Source: an uncultured Alphaproteobacteria bacterium
GTDB lineage: Bacteria > Bacteroidota > Ignavibacteria > OLB7
DNA length: 64,000 nucleotides
NCBI GenBank assembly: GCA_964462535.1
Contig: CAYWXV010000012.1
Span: 16,601-80,600 of the forward strand
Direction: 5' to 3'
Part shown: one piece after another, positions 6,946 to 17,159 of the stretch
Numbering within the stretch: the stretch's first letter is position 1
How the letters are laid out: each line of letters opens with the position of its first letter
The notes under the pieces: generated by a model
Told to the model about the DNA's origin: nothing
Seen by the model: only the letters and a program-made list of their open reading frames with translations
The model's database searches: none
Translations under genes and position numbers: made by a program

Positions 6946-8025
6946 ATGAAGTGGCTAATCGGTTTGGTAATTCTGGCGGCGCTTGCCATCGCCGGAATCT
7001 GGATATCGGGCGTCTTCAGGACTATTTCGGTCGTCGTCGCTCCACCTGAGCGACGCGAAGCGGTCAGGGTTATTTCGGTCCTCGGCTCGGTTCGGGCAGA
7101 ACAGATTGCACGCATCCGTACGGAGGTAGGCGGGGAGGTTGTCGGGCTCTTTGTGCGGCAGGGGGAAGAGGTTCGGGACGGCGAGCCCGTGATGGATCTC
7201 AAGGTCGAGGAGCAGAAGAGTGCCGTCGTCGAAACCCAGGCGCGTCTGCGCGAGGCCCAGGTAACCGTCCAGGAGCGAAAGTTGAATCTCGACAGGGAAA
7301 CCGAGCTCCTTGCACAGGGGGCCTCAACGCAGCAGGCGGTGGACGACGCGCGCGCGGCCTACAATCGAGCCGTTGCGGCGGCCAATTCCGTTCGCGCAAT
7401 TCTCAGCAGCCGTAAGTCCGTTACAGGCAAAGGGAAGATCGTTGCGCCAATCTCCGGCGTCGTCACCCAGGTCAACGTCAACGTTGGCGACATCGTCCCA
7501 CCAAACGTCGAGGCCATAACGATCTTGGATCCCGCCTCCTTCCGGGTGGTGGCTGATGTAGACGAGCTCGACATAACACGCATTCGTCCGGGACAGGAGG
7601 CGATCGTCTCGTTTGATGCGATGCCGAAGAGCAGATATCGAGCCCGTGTCGACAGGATAATTCCGCAGGCGGACGAAGTGACCAAAACGCTCCCCGTTAT
7701 TCTCCGGCTTACCGATGGCGTCTTGAACCTTTCCGAAGGGTTGACAGCGAACATCAACATTGTTCAGGAACGCCATCCGAACGCGCTGACGATCCCGCGC
7801 CGGGCGATACTGGATGAGCGAGGTAACAAGGCACGTCTGTTCGTTCTGACGGAAAGAAATACCCTGCAGCTCGATACCGTTGTCCTCGGCGTTCGCGGTG
7901 ATGACTACGTAGAGATTCTGGACGGCCTGAACGAGGAGGCTCGCGTCGTTCTCGATCCCGATCCGCTTTGGAAGGGGGGTGAGGAAGTGGAGGTGGACCG
8001 TAAGGCAACAGCCAGACGGCAATAG
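6946..8025 (+). CDS. Efflux RND/MacA-type periplasmic adaptor subunit
   Basis: N-terminal anchor, V.G.V..L.V.QG..V lipoyl motif, coiled-coil hairpin, APISGVVT..NVNVG, and IP..AI. Confidence 0.9.
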   Translation: MKWLIGLVILAALAIAGIWISGVFRTISVVVAPPERREAVRVISVLGSVRAEQIARIRTEVGGEVVGLFVRQGEEVRDGEPVMDLKVEEQKSAVVETQARLREAQVTVQERKLNLDRETELLAQGASTQQAVDDARAAYNRAVAAANSVRAILSSRKSVTGKGKIVAPISGVVTQVNVNVGDIVPPNVEAITILDPASFRVVADVDELDITRIRPGQEAIVSFDAMPKSRYRARVDRIIPQADEVTKTLPVILRLTDGVLNLSEGLTANINIVQERHPNALTIPRRAILDERGNKARLFVLTERNTLQLDTVVLGVRGDDYVEILDGLNEEARVVLDPDPLWKGGEEVEVDRKATARRQ

Positions 8026-8052
8026 AGCAATCATCGATCCACGATAGTCCTG

Positions 8053-9309
8053 ATGTCATCCGCTAAATCCGTGCATGCCGACAGATTCTCCCGGGGCTTT
8101 CGGGTCGGTCTGGTCTGTGCGGCGCTCACACTTGCGATAGTCGCCGCGGCTATCGGCGTGTTGGTGGATGTGTCATTCATCCAGGATCCCGCCCTCCGCG
8201 AGATCCTGGCGAGCAATACACCACACGTGTACGTCGGTTCAGTCCCGCTCAAGCCTCGCACCCGAAGGACACTGCTGTCAGTCGGTGACCGGACCGTGCT
8301 CGAGGTCGTGAAAAACGTTCCACCCTCCACCCGTCCGGAGCTGAAACCGTTCGTTGAGCTTGTTGCCCGTCTTGAAGGGATAGATCCGCAGATTACCACA
8401 GTATCCCCACGCGTTCAGCTGAGAGGCTTCTGCCGAAACGGCACTCGTTGTCGTCCCGTGACGGTCATGGGAATCCTCCCACGCAAGGAAGCGAAGTTTC
8501 TCCACGCCGGGGCCGCTGTGAACGACGAGAGTTTCGATGCTCTTGAGCGCACTCCCATGGGAATCGTCCTCAGCTCTGTCGTCGCCAACCATTTAGGTGT
8601 GGAGGTTGGATCGCGTGTTTCTCTCATCACAGCCACCGGCGCCGTTCGACAATTCGTGGTCGTGGGGGTCTTTGCAGCGCATTCCTCCGGCGGAGATTCG
8701 TTGACCACATACATCAATCTCGGGGGTGCGCAGTCGCTTCTTGGTCTGCAGCGGAATGCTGTGAGTGGAGTGGCCATCCGATTGGCCGACGCCGGACGGG
8801 CCGAGCGTGTCCGTGATCGGGTCGAACAGACTATCGGGTATAGTGCTGCGACCTGGGGCGAGGCGAACGCGCAACAGATCGAGTTCCAGTTCAAAGAGCG
8901 TTGGTTGATGTGGGTGGTAGTGGTACTGGCTCTCATCGTCGCTGTCGCCGGTGTGCGCGATGCGCTTTCCGCGCGTCACATCTCCGGACGTCTTTCCGGA
9001 CCCACACGCGCGGAGAAGAGAACGGCGAGTCTAGCGCTCGGTGGGCTCGTCGGGCTGGCAGCAGGAAGTATCGCATGTGTACTGTTCATTGGCCTCCCCA
9101 GAGTACTCGACCTTCGTCGCCTCCTCCCTGTCCACTACAACCCGCTTGACAGCACGGTTGCAACGATACCGGTTGAACCACATGTCGTTCCGGTTGTGGT
9201 TCTGTTCGCAGTTTCCATCCTCTCGGGTGTCATTGGCGGCGGGTTGTCTTCGCGATCGGTTGAGCAGCTTGCGCGCCCGTCGACGCAATTGGTTGGGGAG
9301 GAGACGTGA
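8053..9309 (+). CDS. MacB/LolE-like (FtsX) permease, divergent
   Basis: N-terminal TM, large periplasmic domain (GIVLSSVVANHLGVEVG, VVGVF) and three C-terminal TMs. Confidence 0.7.
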   Translation: MSSAKSVHADRFSRGFRVGLVCAALTLAIVAAAIGVLVDVSFIQDPALREILASNTPHVYVGSVPLKPRTRRTLLSVGDRTVLEVVKNVPPSTRPELKPFVELVARLEGIDPQITTVSPRVQLRGFCRNGTRCRPVTVMGILPRKEAKFLHAGAAVNDESFDALERTPMGIVLSSVVANHLGVEVGSRVSLITATGAVRQFVVVGVFAAHSSGGDSLTTYINLGGAQSLLGLQRNAVSGVAIRLADAGRAERVRDRVEQTIGYSAATWGEANAQQIEFQFKERWLMWVVVVLALIVAVAGVRDALSARHISGRLSGPTRAEKRTASLALGGLVGLAAGSIACVLFIGLPRVLDLRRLLPVHYNPLDSTVATIPVEPHVVPVVVLFAVSILSGVIGGGLSSRSVEQLARPSTQLVGEET

Positions 9310-10565
9310 AGGTGTTCGCTGAGGTCTGGAGAGGGCTACGGCCGCAGAGAGGTCGCGCCGTTGTTGTCATGTGTGGCATGGCGTTCGGCGTCTCAGCCGC
9401 CATAGTCATGCTCTCCTTCTTCGCCGGACTCTTCGCCGCAAACGAGGCGCGAATTCTGAGTGGCGACCCGCATATTGTTGTGACTCAGCGCCAGGTCGGG
9501 GGCGCACCTGCGGATCTTCTGATTGACGAGAATGACGAAGTCGTTGAGTTGAAGCGATCGTTCCTGGGTGAAGGCGAAGGGAGAATGAGGAACGCGGTGT
9601 CAACGATGCGGATGATCGAACGTGACCTTCGTAACGAGGTCTCCGCCGTCAGTCCCTTCCTGGAAACACACTCGCTGGCGGTCTATGGGGTCAACGAGGT
9701 ACCGTTGGTGGTCAGGGGAGTCCTTCCCGCACGAGAGGTTGAATTGTCTCAGCTCGGCAGGCACTTGGAGGAAGGGGTAATCGGACGGTTTGCGAATTAT
9801 CGAAACGGGATTCTGCTTGGTTACCGCGCCGCCGCACGCTTGGACGTTCATGCCAACGATCGAATTCGCCTTGTGGCTCTCGATGGAACGCTCATCCCGG
9901 TCCAAATCGCCGGAGTCTACCGTTTCGACATCCCCGCCCGTGATGAAGGTTGTCTCGTCAATCTTCGACTGGCGTCGTCGGTTGCGGGAACGTTGCCCGG
10001 TGAGGCAAACGGCATCGCAGTAAAGACGGCGGACCCGGAGAGGTGCGATGAGGTTGCCCGCATGCTTGAACGCTTGACGGGGTTAGGTACGGTCACGTGG
10101 GAGGAGGCGCACGCCGATTCCTTGTCAGTCTTTAGCTTCGTGCGTTTTCTGGCACTCGCCATTCCGTTGCTCCTGATAGCTCTGACGGCGCTGGCCCTTG
10201 GCCGGCTGCTCACGATTGCTTGGATCAAACCTGTGATGCCCGTTGATTTGGATAGCGCGCGAGACGTCGGAACGACGCGATCGTCGTTGATGCGCGGGCT
10301 TGTGCTTTCAATGCTGCCCGCCTCGGTGGGTGTAGTTGCCGGTGTTGTGGCCATTCTGGTGGTGAGTCCTGCCCCGCTACTGCTCTGGCTCCTCCCCAAT
10401 CCGTTCGATATCTCCGCGGTACCGATGAGCTTGCACCCCTGGTACATTCTGGGCTCGTTTGCGCTTGCGTGTATTGGGACGGGGCTTGCATCAGCGCAAT
10501 ACGCGCGAACCTTCGGGTTGCCCAGGTCTTCGCCACGTATGCAGCTGGATCCCGCGGACGCATAG
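9306..10565 (+). CDS. MacB/LolE-like (FtsX) permease, second, divergent
   Basis: GMAFGVSAAIVMLSFFAG, GILLGYRAAARL and QIAGVY motifs; start overlaps the previous stop (GTGA). Confidence 0.7.
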   Translation: MKVFAEVWRGLRPQRGRAVVVMCGMAFGVSAAIVMLSFFAGLFAANEARILSGDPHIVVTQRQVGGAPADLLIDENDEVVELKRSFLGEGEGRMRNAVSTMRMIERDLRNEVSAVSPFLETHSLAVYGVNEVPLVVRGVLPAREVELSQLGRHLEEGVIGRFANYRNGILLGYRAAARLDVHANDRIRLVALDGTLIPVQIAGVYRFDIPARDEGCLVNLRLASSVAGTLPGEANGIAVKTADPERCDEVARMLERLTGLGTVTWEEAHADSLSVFSFVRFLALAIPLLLIALTALALGRLLTIAWIKPVMPVDLDSARDVGTTRSSLMRGLVLSMLPASVGVVAGVVAILVVSPAPLLLWLLPNPFDISAVPMSLHPWYILGSFALACIGTGLASAQYARTFGLPRSSPRMQLDPADA

Positions 10566-10638
10566 TCTGGTTCCACTCGTACCTTCGTGCCTCCCGTCCT
10601 CGAAACCTGCTCAATAGATTTTGACACGCCTCCGCATC

Positions 10639-11961
10639 ATGCGACTGCTTCTCATACCTCTTCTTCTGCTGCTGGCCGCAACCGGAGACCTGCGCGCGCA
10701 GGTAAGAAGCGTCAATCTGCCGGATGCGGTGCGTATGGCCGAGGAGGAGAGTCTCGAGATCAAACGGTTGAGCCTCGCGGTCCAGAGGGCCGCGACGGGT
10801 GTGGAGAGCCTGCGTGAAGAATATGGACCCGAGGTGTTCGTGGAGGGCGAGTACAGGCTGACCCCGCAACCAGACATTCTCTTCACGAACCCGGACGTGG
10901 CGTTTAACACGACTGGTGAGATGGACGCACTTGTTACGGGCGGTCATCACGTAACCGGGGCCACAATTGCTGCGAGACTGCCGTTGTACGATCCGCGACG
11001 TCGGTTGCGACTGCGGGTCGCAGAGTCTGGCGTATCAGTGGCGCAGGCGGAATTGGATGTTGCGCGCGCCTCGTCGCGAAGAAACGTCGAGCGCCTGTTT
11101 TACCGTGCTCTTTATGCGCGGTACGAAAAGAAGACCAGGGAAGATCAGATCAATCAGGCCGTCACGAATCTGGAGTTCACTCTGGCCCGATTCAGGCAAG
11201 GGAGAGCTCTCCCGCTGGATACGGTAACTGCTGCGACCACTCTGGCCCGGGCCAGAGCAAGCGCCAGTCGTGCTGGTCTGTCGTACCAGGCCGCGCTCAT
11301 TCAGTTGGCTCGACGGATAGGGATTCGGGACGTGAACAATCTCGAGCTGGATGGATCGCTTGACCTTCCGAGCGCTCCGGGTCCGAGCGGCGGTGACATG
11401 ACGGTCGTACCAGGTATCCTGAACTCTGCGGAATTACAGTTGGCGCAGCAACGACTCGCTGCCTCACGCGTTGCCGTGGATGCTGAACAACGATCGATTG
11501 GCCCAACAATCGATCTGGTTGGGCGTGCTCGAGCACGGGGGGAAAGCGCCGACTACACTCCCGATCAGTGGGCATGGGGAATGACCTCCTTTGTTGGATT
11601 TGTCGCCCGCCTGAACCTGACGGAATTGTGGCGGGGCGATCCGGTGAGGGAGGGAGCGGAACTTCGCGTGCGCGAGAATCAACTCTCGATTGACGATATC
11701 CGCCGCGAAGACAGTATCGCCGTCGAAACTCTGCTGTTCGAAATGCAGGCAGCGCGGACCCAGATCGAGGCGGAAGAGGCGACGGTCGAACAATCGACGA
11801 GGGCTATCGAGATCACCACGATTCTCTATCGTGAGGGGAGAGCGACGTGGCTCGACGTCGAGACTGCCCAGAATCGGTTGTTGGAGACGGAACTCGCTTT
11901 GGAGAGGCTCAAGCTCCGCTTCCTTGAGAGCTATGCCGAGCTCAAAGCCATCGGCGGGTAA
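10639..11961 (+). CDS. TolC family outer-membrane efflux protein
   Basis: Signal peptide, repeated helical domains, RFRQGRA...D and YREGRATWLDVETAQNRL. Confidence 0.85.
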   Translation: MRLLLIPLLLLLAATGDLRAQVRSVNLPDAVRMAEEESLEIKRLSLAVQRAATGVESLREEYGPEVFVEGEYRLTPQPDILFTNPDVAFNTTGEMDALVTGGHHVTGATIAARLPLYDPRRRLRLRVAESGVSVAQAELDVARASSRRNVERLFYRALYARYEKKTREDQINQAVTNLEFTLARFRQGRALPLDTVTAATTLARARASASRAGLSYQAALIQLARRIGIRDVNNLELDGSLDLPSAPGPSGGDMTVVPGILNSAELQLAQQRLAASRVAVDAEQRSIGPTIDLVGRARARGESADYTPDQWAWGMTSFVGFVARLNLTELWRGDPVREGAELRVRENQLSIDDIRREDSIAVETLLFEMQAARTQIEAEEATVEQSTRAIEITTILYREGRATWLDVETAQNRLLETELALERLKLRFLESYAELKAIGG

Positions 11962-12084
11962 GCCTGCGGCACGCGACCGCGGCACCTACGCGCACTCCGT
12001 ACCGCGCGTGAAACCAAGTGCCCGATGTAAGTCTCCACCCTACCGCAAGCGATCAACCACTCACTACGCACTGTCGACACAGCG

Positions 12085-13866
12085 ATGTCCAACTCACGAC
12101 TGCAGAACGCCATTGATTCGATCCGCGAAACGCTTGTACGATTCCCACTTCCTTTGCTGGACGTGCTAATACTGGTTGGCGCAACGATGAGCTGGGTGGA
12201 CGATTACCGATGGTACGTGATTCCCGCCCTGGGATTTCCGGTACTCATTGCCTCATCTCTCTTTGCGGAGCGCTTCACCGGGTCCAGGGGCATACGGTTC
12301 GTCGTCGCGTTCGCTCCAATCCCGCTTCTAACTCTCTACGCGTTTCTTCTTCCAGAGGGGCATGTCAATTTTGCGGAAGGGCTGCGATTCGCTCTCTTCT
12401 GCATCGCGGCAGTCCTCGCGATGCTGGCTCTTCCATTCGTTGCACCGCGCACGACCGCCTCGTTCCACCGGTTCGCGACCACCTTTATTCTCCGTCTCCT
12501 CCTCACCGCACTCTTCACGCTCCTCCTCTGGGGGGGGCTATCGCTTGCGCTTCTCGCCGTCGACAAACTCTTCAGCGTCGCTGTGCCGAGCGAGACGTAC
12601 GTAAAGCTCATTGTTCTCCTCATCGGCTTCGTGGCTGCACCATTTCTGCTTTCCAGTGTGGAGCGTGACCTCGATGTGCAGGAGAGTGAGATCCCGAAGG
12701 TTCTCCGTGCGCTCACGCTCTATGTGCTGATGCCGATCCTGGTCGTGTACGCTCTTATTCTCTATGCTCACGCTGCACAACAGATAGTCAATTGGGAGTG
12801 GTCGGAAGGATGGGTGGCGCGACTCGTCGCAGGTTATGCAGGGGCTGGGCTACTGACGTTTGCTATCCTATGGCCTCATCGGAGCGATCCCGACAATCAG
12901 TGGATTCGCGTCTTCACGAAATGGTTCTCGCTACTTCTGCCTCCGCTCTCGTTTCTCTTGCTCATCGCTGTTCTCCGGCGCGTAAGTGAATACGGCATCA
13001 CTGAGACCAGATATTATGGAATGCTCATTGCTGTTTGGCTCGCGGTGGTGGCACTATACCTGCTCTTCAGTCGCAAGGCAGATATCCGCGTGCTGGCTCT
13101 GTCACTTGCGGTGCTGGCGCTTGGGACATCGTTTGGTCCGTGGGGGGCCAGCGCTATCTCTGTGCAGAGTCAAGTGGAGCAGCTACGGAGCGCGTTGGAT
13201 TCCGTTGGTGCCTTGAAGAACGGGAAGTTTGCTTCCCCAGCCGCACCGCTCGACGAAGCAGCGCTCGGTCGTCGCAGCGTCTACTCAATCGTCCGCTACC
13301 TGGAAGAGCGCGACGCGCTAGAACACTTGCGTCCCTGGTTCACGACGCCTCCGGACACGATTGACGAGCGTGCTGTTATGGTCGCGATTGGAAGCTGGAC
13401 AGATTCGCCGGACGAGGGGGGACCGAAGGTGCGCCCCGTTCGGACGATTGCGATTTACGGCCCGGGGGGCGAGACGGTGAACGTGTCGGGCTACGACTAC
13501 TACATCCCACTAACGCAGTCGATGACGTCAACCCCTGTTGCCGGTGACAGCCTCACTATCCAGGTGAGTCGAGGGGGAGTACACCTGTTTCTCCGAAGCC
13601 GTCACCTTCTGTCGGCCGACCTGGTGGGGCGATTCCAAAATCTCTATCGAGAGCGTGCAACGAATGCTGAGTCCGACGATGAGAACTCATCCTATGAGAG
13701 TATATCGATACCCCCGGAGGATGAGGACCGCATGATCGTTGACGTCGACGACGCTGCCACAGGGTACCGCATGCGGGTCTATGTGCGTCAGATTGCGTTC
13801 TACGAATCCGACTCTCCGGGCGAACTTCAGAATCTGACGGGATATGTTCTCGTAGCGAAGAGGTGA
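12085..13866 (+). CDS. DUF4153-like polytopic membrane protein
   Basis: About 10 TMs, VLMPILVVYALILYA, RVSEYGITETRYY and GPWGASAISVQSQ. Confidence 0.75.
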   Translation: MSNSRLQNAIDSIRETLVRFPLPLLDVLILVGATMSWVDDYRWYVIPALGFPVLIASSLFAERFTGSRGIRFVVAFAPIPLLTLYAFLLPEGHVNFAEGLRFALFCIAAVLAMLALPFVAPRTTASFHRFATTFILRLLLTALFTLLLWGGLSLALLAVDKLFSVAVPSETYVKLIVLLIGFVAAPFLLSSVERDLDVQESEIPKVLRALTLYVLMPILVVYALILYAHAAQQIVNWEWSEGWVARLVAGYAGAGLLTFAILWPHRSDPDNQWIRVFTKWFSLLLPPLSFLLLIAVLRRVSEYGITETRYYGMLIAVWLAVVALYLLFSRKADIRVLALSLAVLALGTSFGPWGASAISVQSQVEQLRSALDSVGALKNGKFASPAAPLDEAALGRRSVYSIVRYLEERDALEHLRPWFTTPPDTIDERAVMVAIGSWTDSPDEGGPKVRPVRTIAIYGPGGETVNVSGYDYYIPLTQSMTSTPVAGDSLTIQVSRGGVHLFLRSRHLLSADLVGRFQNLYRERATNAESDDENSSYESISIPPEDEDRMIVDVDDAATGYRMRVYVRQIAFYESDSPGELQNLTGYVLVAKR

Positions 13867-13935
13867 CGCGGGCATTCACGGGAGCGTGACCCGGCGCCCG
13901 ATTTGTTGCGGCGCATCCAACTAACAGTCGCCCGG

Positions 13936-15360
13936 CTACAGTCGCCCGGCTTTCTGATTCTCGCTGCGATTGCTCGTCCATCGTGCCACTCGCATCCCTA
14001 CGCGTCCCACGGTCGCCTTGGCCGCGTGAATGGCTGCCGCGCGTGAGAGCCTCCTTCCGCTACGCGCAAGCTTGTGTAGTTCAACCTCGTGTACCATCCG
14101 TCTGAGGGCGTGCCGATAGTATGCGTCTGAGTAGGGGCGAGTGTATCGTAGGTCACGATCGCTCGATGCTTCCCACGATGCTGGTTCGATAAGTTCCTCG
14201 CGCACCTGATCGTGGAACGGTGTTCCCGTGATTGGATAGGCGGTAGTGACAGTGAACAGATCGGGCGACGCGGTCTTCAGGTGCTCGATTGTCATGAGAA
14301 TATCCTCCTCCGTCTCCCCCGGATATCCAAGCATGATGAACGTCCCTGTCTCGATACCACGTTCTCGACAGAGTCGAATCGATCGTTGCACCTGTTCAAC
14401 AGTAACGCGACGATCCATCGCATCGAGTATGCGTTGCGATCCGCTTTCAGCCCCTATCCAGACACGGCAGGCCCCCGACTCTGCCAGCAGGTCGGCCGAC
14501 CGTTCGTCTAGTCGGTCGGCACGCGTGATGCATTCGTACGGCATACGCACACGTCGCTCCTGGATTTGACCTGCAAAGCCCTCGGTCCATGTCGCATTGA
14601 TGGTGAAGACGTCGTCGACGAACCAAATCAGTTCCGGATTCCACCGATCCCGGATCATCTCCATCTCATCAACAACAAGAGTCGGCGATCTGCGGCGATA
14701 GGTCTCGCCATAGACGGCTCGGCTGCACCAACGGCAGGTGAACGGGCAACCCCGCATGGTACTGATCGATACCGCTCCGGCTCCGTGGTGACGTCTCCAA
14801 ACGTCCAGATACCTCTGAAGATCGATTGCGTCACGTTTCGGCATTGGAAGGGAATCGATCTGCTTCAGAAGGGGTCGGGGAGAGGTGCGAATGACACTTC
14901 CGTCCTCACGTCGGAATGCAACGCCTGCCACGTCACTCAAATCGCCACCGCGAAGAACAGTCTCAATGACTTCGGTTGTGGTAATCTCCCCCTCGCCAAT
15001 TACTATCACGTCCGCACCGTGCTCCAGCAGCCGGTCAGCGTGAAACGTCACTTCCGGACCCCCCAGAATAATCGTCGTATTCACCAGCACCGGCGTTGCC
15101 CTGATTGCTGCAACCAGGTTGAGAACATTACTTCTCGTCATCAGCGTCACGTAAATCCCAACGAATCTGGGCTGCGCGGCGCGGAGACGTTCCATCAACG
15201 CATCGAACGAAGAGAACGTGGTGTCGAATACATCGACTTCGATTGCTTCACGTTCGACCCATGCGGCAATCGACAAAAGACCCAGCGGCGGATACGGTCG
15301 CATGACTGCACGCTCGCGCGGATCGTCTGCCAGAAAATATGCGTGAGTGAGAAAGAGCAA
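13936..15360 (-). CDS. B12-binding-domain radical SAM protein
   Basis: PYPPLGLLSIA, LGGPEVT, IGEGE, and the CxxxCxxC motif in TMRGCPFTCRWC; FVDDVF, IGAESGSQRILDAM, FIMLGYPGETEED. Confidence 0.92.
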   Translation of the reverse strand: MLFLTHAYFLADDPRERAVMRPYPPLGLLSIAAWVEREAIEVDVFDTTFSSFDALMERLRAAQPRFVGIYVTLMTRSNVLNLVAAIRATPVLVNTTIILGGPEVTFHADRLLEHGADVIVIGEGEITTTEVIETVLRGGDLSDVAGVAFRREDGSVIRTSPRPLLKQIDSLPMPKRDAIDLQRYLDVWRRHHGAGAVSISTMRGCPFTCRWCSRAVYGETYRRRSPTLVVDEMEMIRDRWNPELIWFVDDVFTINATWTEGFAGQIQERRVRMPYECITRADRLDERSADLLAESGACRVWIGAESGSQRILDAMDRRVTVEQVQRSIRLCRERGIETGTFIMLGYPGETEEDILMTIEHLKTASPDLFTVTTAYPITGTPFHDQVREELIEPASWEASSDRDLRYTRPYSDAYYRHALRRMVHEVELHKLARSGRRLSRAAAIHAAKATVGRVGMRVARWTSNRSENQKAGRL

Positions 15361-16173
15361 TCAAACCTTGAGTTTCGGATACTCCATATTCAATCCCTTT
15401 AACGTCTCAACCACAACCTGCGCAATGACGTAATTGCGATACCACTTGTGATCTGCCGGCACAATATACCAGGGGGCGTAGGGGGTATTCGTCGATTCCA
15501 TCATCTCCTCGAACGTCTTCATGTAGTCGTTCCAATACTGCCGCTCGGCTAGATCCTGGGCGGAGAACTTCCAATGTTTTCGCGGGTCTCTCATTCGCTC
15601 TTCGAGTCGCTTCTCCTGTACTTCCCTTGAAATGTGGAGAAAGAACTTTATCACTACTGTCCCGTTCTCCGAGAGCATTTTCTCGAAATCGTTGATCTGC
15701 CGGTATCTCTTCTTCCATATATCCGGATCATTGTGTATTTCCGGTGGCAGGAATTCGTTCTCCAGCCAATTTGGATGAACCTTGAGGACGGTTACCTCCT
15801 CGTAGTGTGATCGATTGAAAATCGAGACCTCGCCACGGCCTGGACAGGCGGCATGTATGCGCCAGAGGTAATCGTGGTCGATTTCGAGATCCGATGGCTT
15901 CTTGAACGAATAGATGTTGGTCCCCTGCGGATTTAGGGCCGATGCCAGATACCGTACGGCGCCATCCTTCCCACTCGCGTCAATTCCCTGAAGAATGATC
16001 AGCAGGCCACGCCTGTTATCGGCATACATCAGGTAGTGAAGGTCATACAAAGCTTCGCGCCATTCGTCAAGACGCTTCAACGCCTCCTTCTCCTTGTCGA
16101 CACCGTCGGTGTCGCCGGGATCGATCGACGCCAGGTTGACCTTCTTTGGGGCGGGTTCTATCGGTCTGCTCAT
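15361..16173 (-). CDS. ppk2: Polyphosphate kinase 2 family phosphotransferase (class III-like)
   Basis: LQGIDASGKDG (Walker A), HDYLWRIH, FNRSHYEEV (Walker B) and PWYIVPADHKWYRN. Confidence 0.92.
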   Translation of the reverse strand: MSRPIEPAPKKVNLASIDPGDTDGVDKEKEALKRLDEWREALYDLHYLMYADNRRGLLIILQGIDASGKDGAVRYLASALNPQGTNIYSFKKPSDLEIDHDYLWRIHAACPGRGEVSIFNRSHYEEVTVLKVHPNWLENEFLPPEIHNDPDIWKKRYRQINDFEKMLSENGTVVIKFFLHISREVQEKRLEERMRDPRKHWKFSAQDLAERQYWNDYMKTFEEMMESTNTPYAPWYIVPADHKWYRNYVIAQVVVETLKGLNMEYPKLKV

Positions 16174-16976
16174 TGCGAAATCCCTTTGCGTTGCAGTGAG
16201 AGAAGAACATGATCTCCCATGCGGTTGAACGGAGGAAAGCTACGAAGGGGGGATGTCAGTCGCTCGAGTATGTTGAAGAATCGTGGGACCCTCTCGTACA
16301 GACCTCGTGCCCAGGTCGGGGGGAGGAACAGCCCGATGGAACGAACACCCCGAAGTTGGATGTCGATCGGCAGGGCCCTTACCAGGCGTTCGACCGCATG
16401 AAAGTAGGTGCGCATCACCACTGCATTACCGATGTGGACATCGATACCCTTCCGCGTCAACCTCCCAAATGCCTTCCGAGGCTGAAGTCGAGCCAGGTTC
16501 AGGACGATCTCCATGGCGCACACGGGTGGCATGTACACGAGGAGGGCCGTTCCGCCTTCGTTAAGCAGATTCGGTAGGGCGCGCAGCGCGATGCCCGGAT
16601 CGGCCATGCAGTTGAGTCCGTCAAAGTTCGAGAAGACGAGATCGAACGTGCCCAGCCGGTTCAGTGCCTCGCGATCTGCCAAGTCGTGAAGATCCAGACG
16701 GCGGAAATCGATGTGCGACTCCATGCCGCGCACCTGTGCGGCACTGCGTGCAACGTGTAGCATTGCATCGGAGATATCGGTTGCCACGACGTTTGCGCCA
16801 CGTTGAGCCATATAGAGGGCGTCCCGCCCCGTGCCGCAATTCAACTCGAGCACCCTCATCCCCGCCCGGATGGTTCGTTCCAACACCCGGTGCACCTCGG
16901 CACGCTTCGCGGCGCCTAGAGGTGTATCTGTGAATGTGGCGTCGTACTGGCCGGCAATTGCGTCAAAAAAGGGCAT
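16170..16976 (-). CDS. Class I SAM-dependent methyltransferase
   Basis: FDAIAGQYD, VLELNCGTGRDA, DISDAML and FDLVFSNFDGLNC; ATG at 16976 preferred. Confidence 0.88.
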   Translation of the reverse strand: MPFFDAIAGQYDATFTDTPLGAAKRAEVHRVLERTIRAGMRVLELNCGTGRDALYMAQRGANVVATDISDAMLHVARSAAQVRGMESHIDFRRLDLHDLADREALNRLGTFDLVFSNFDGLNCMADPGIALRALPNLLNEGGTALLVYMPPVCAMEIVLNLARLQPRKAFGRLTRKGIDVHIGNAVVMRTYFHAVERLVRALPIDIQLRGVRSIGLFLPPTWARGLYERVPRFFNILERLTSPLRSFPPFNRMGDHVLLSLQRKGISQ

Positions 16977-17159
16977 GTACGTCGTACCTGCTCGTATTCG
17001 GTAGTAGGTCGGAACTGTTCCTTGACGTTCCATGGGCCGCTCGTCGATATTCCATAGAGCCAGTCCTTCATTTGCATTCCCCTACTGCTCACACCAGCCC
17101 AACCGTAACTTGCCTGCGACTCCGGTGTCCCTGGCTGGTCGCCCCGTCCCTCTGTGTAC

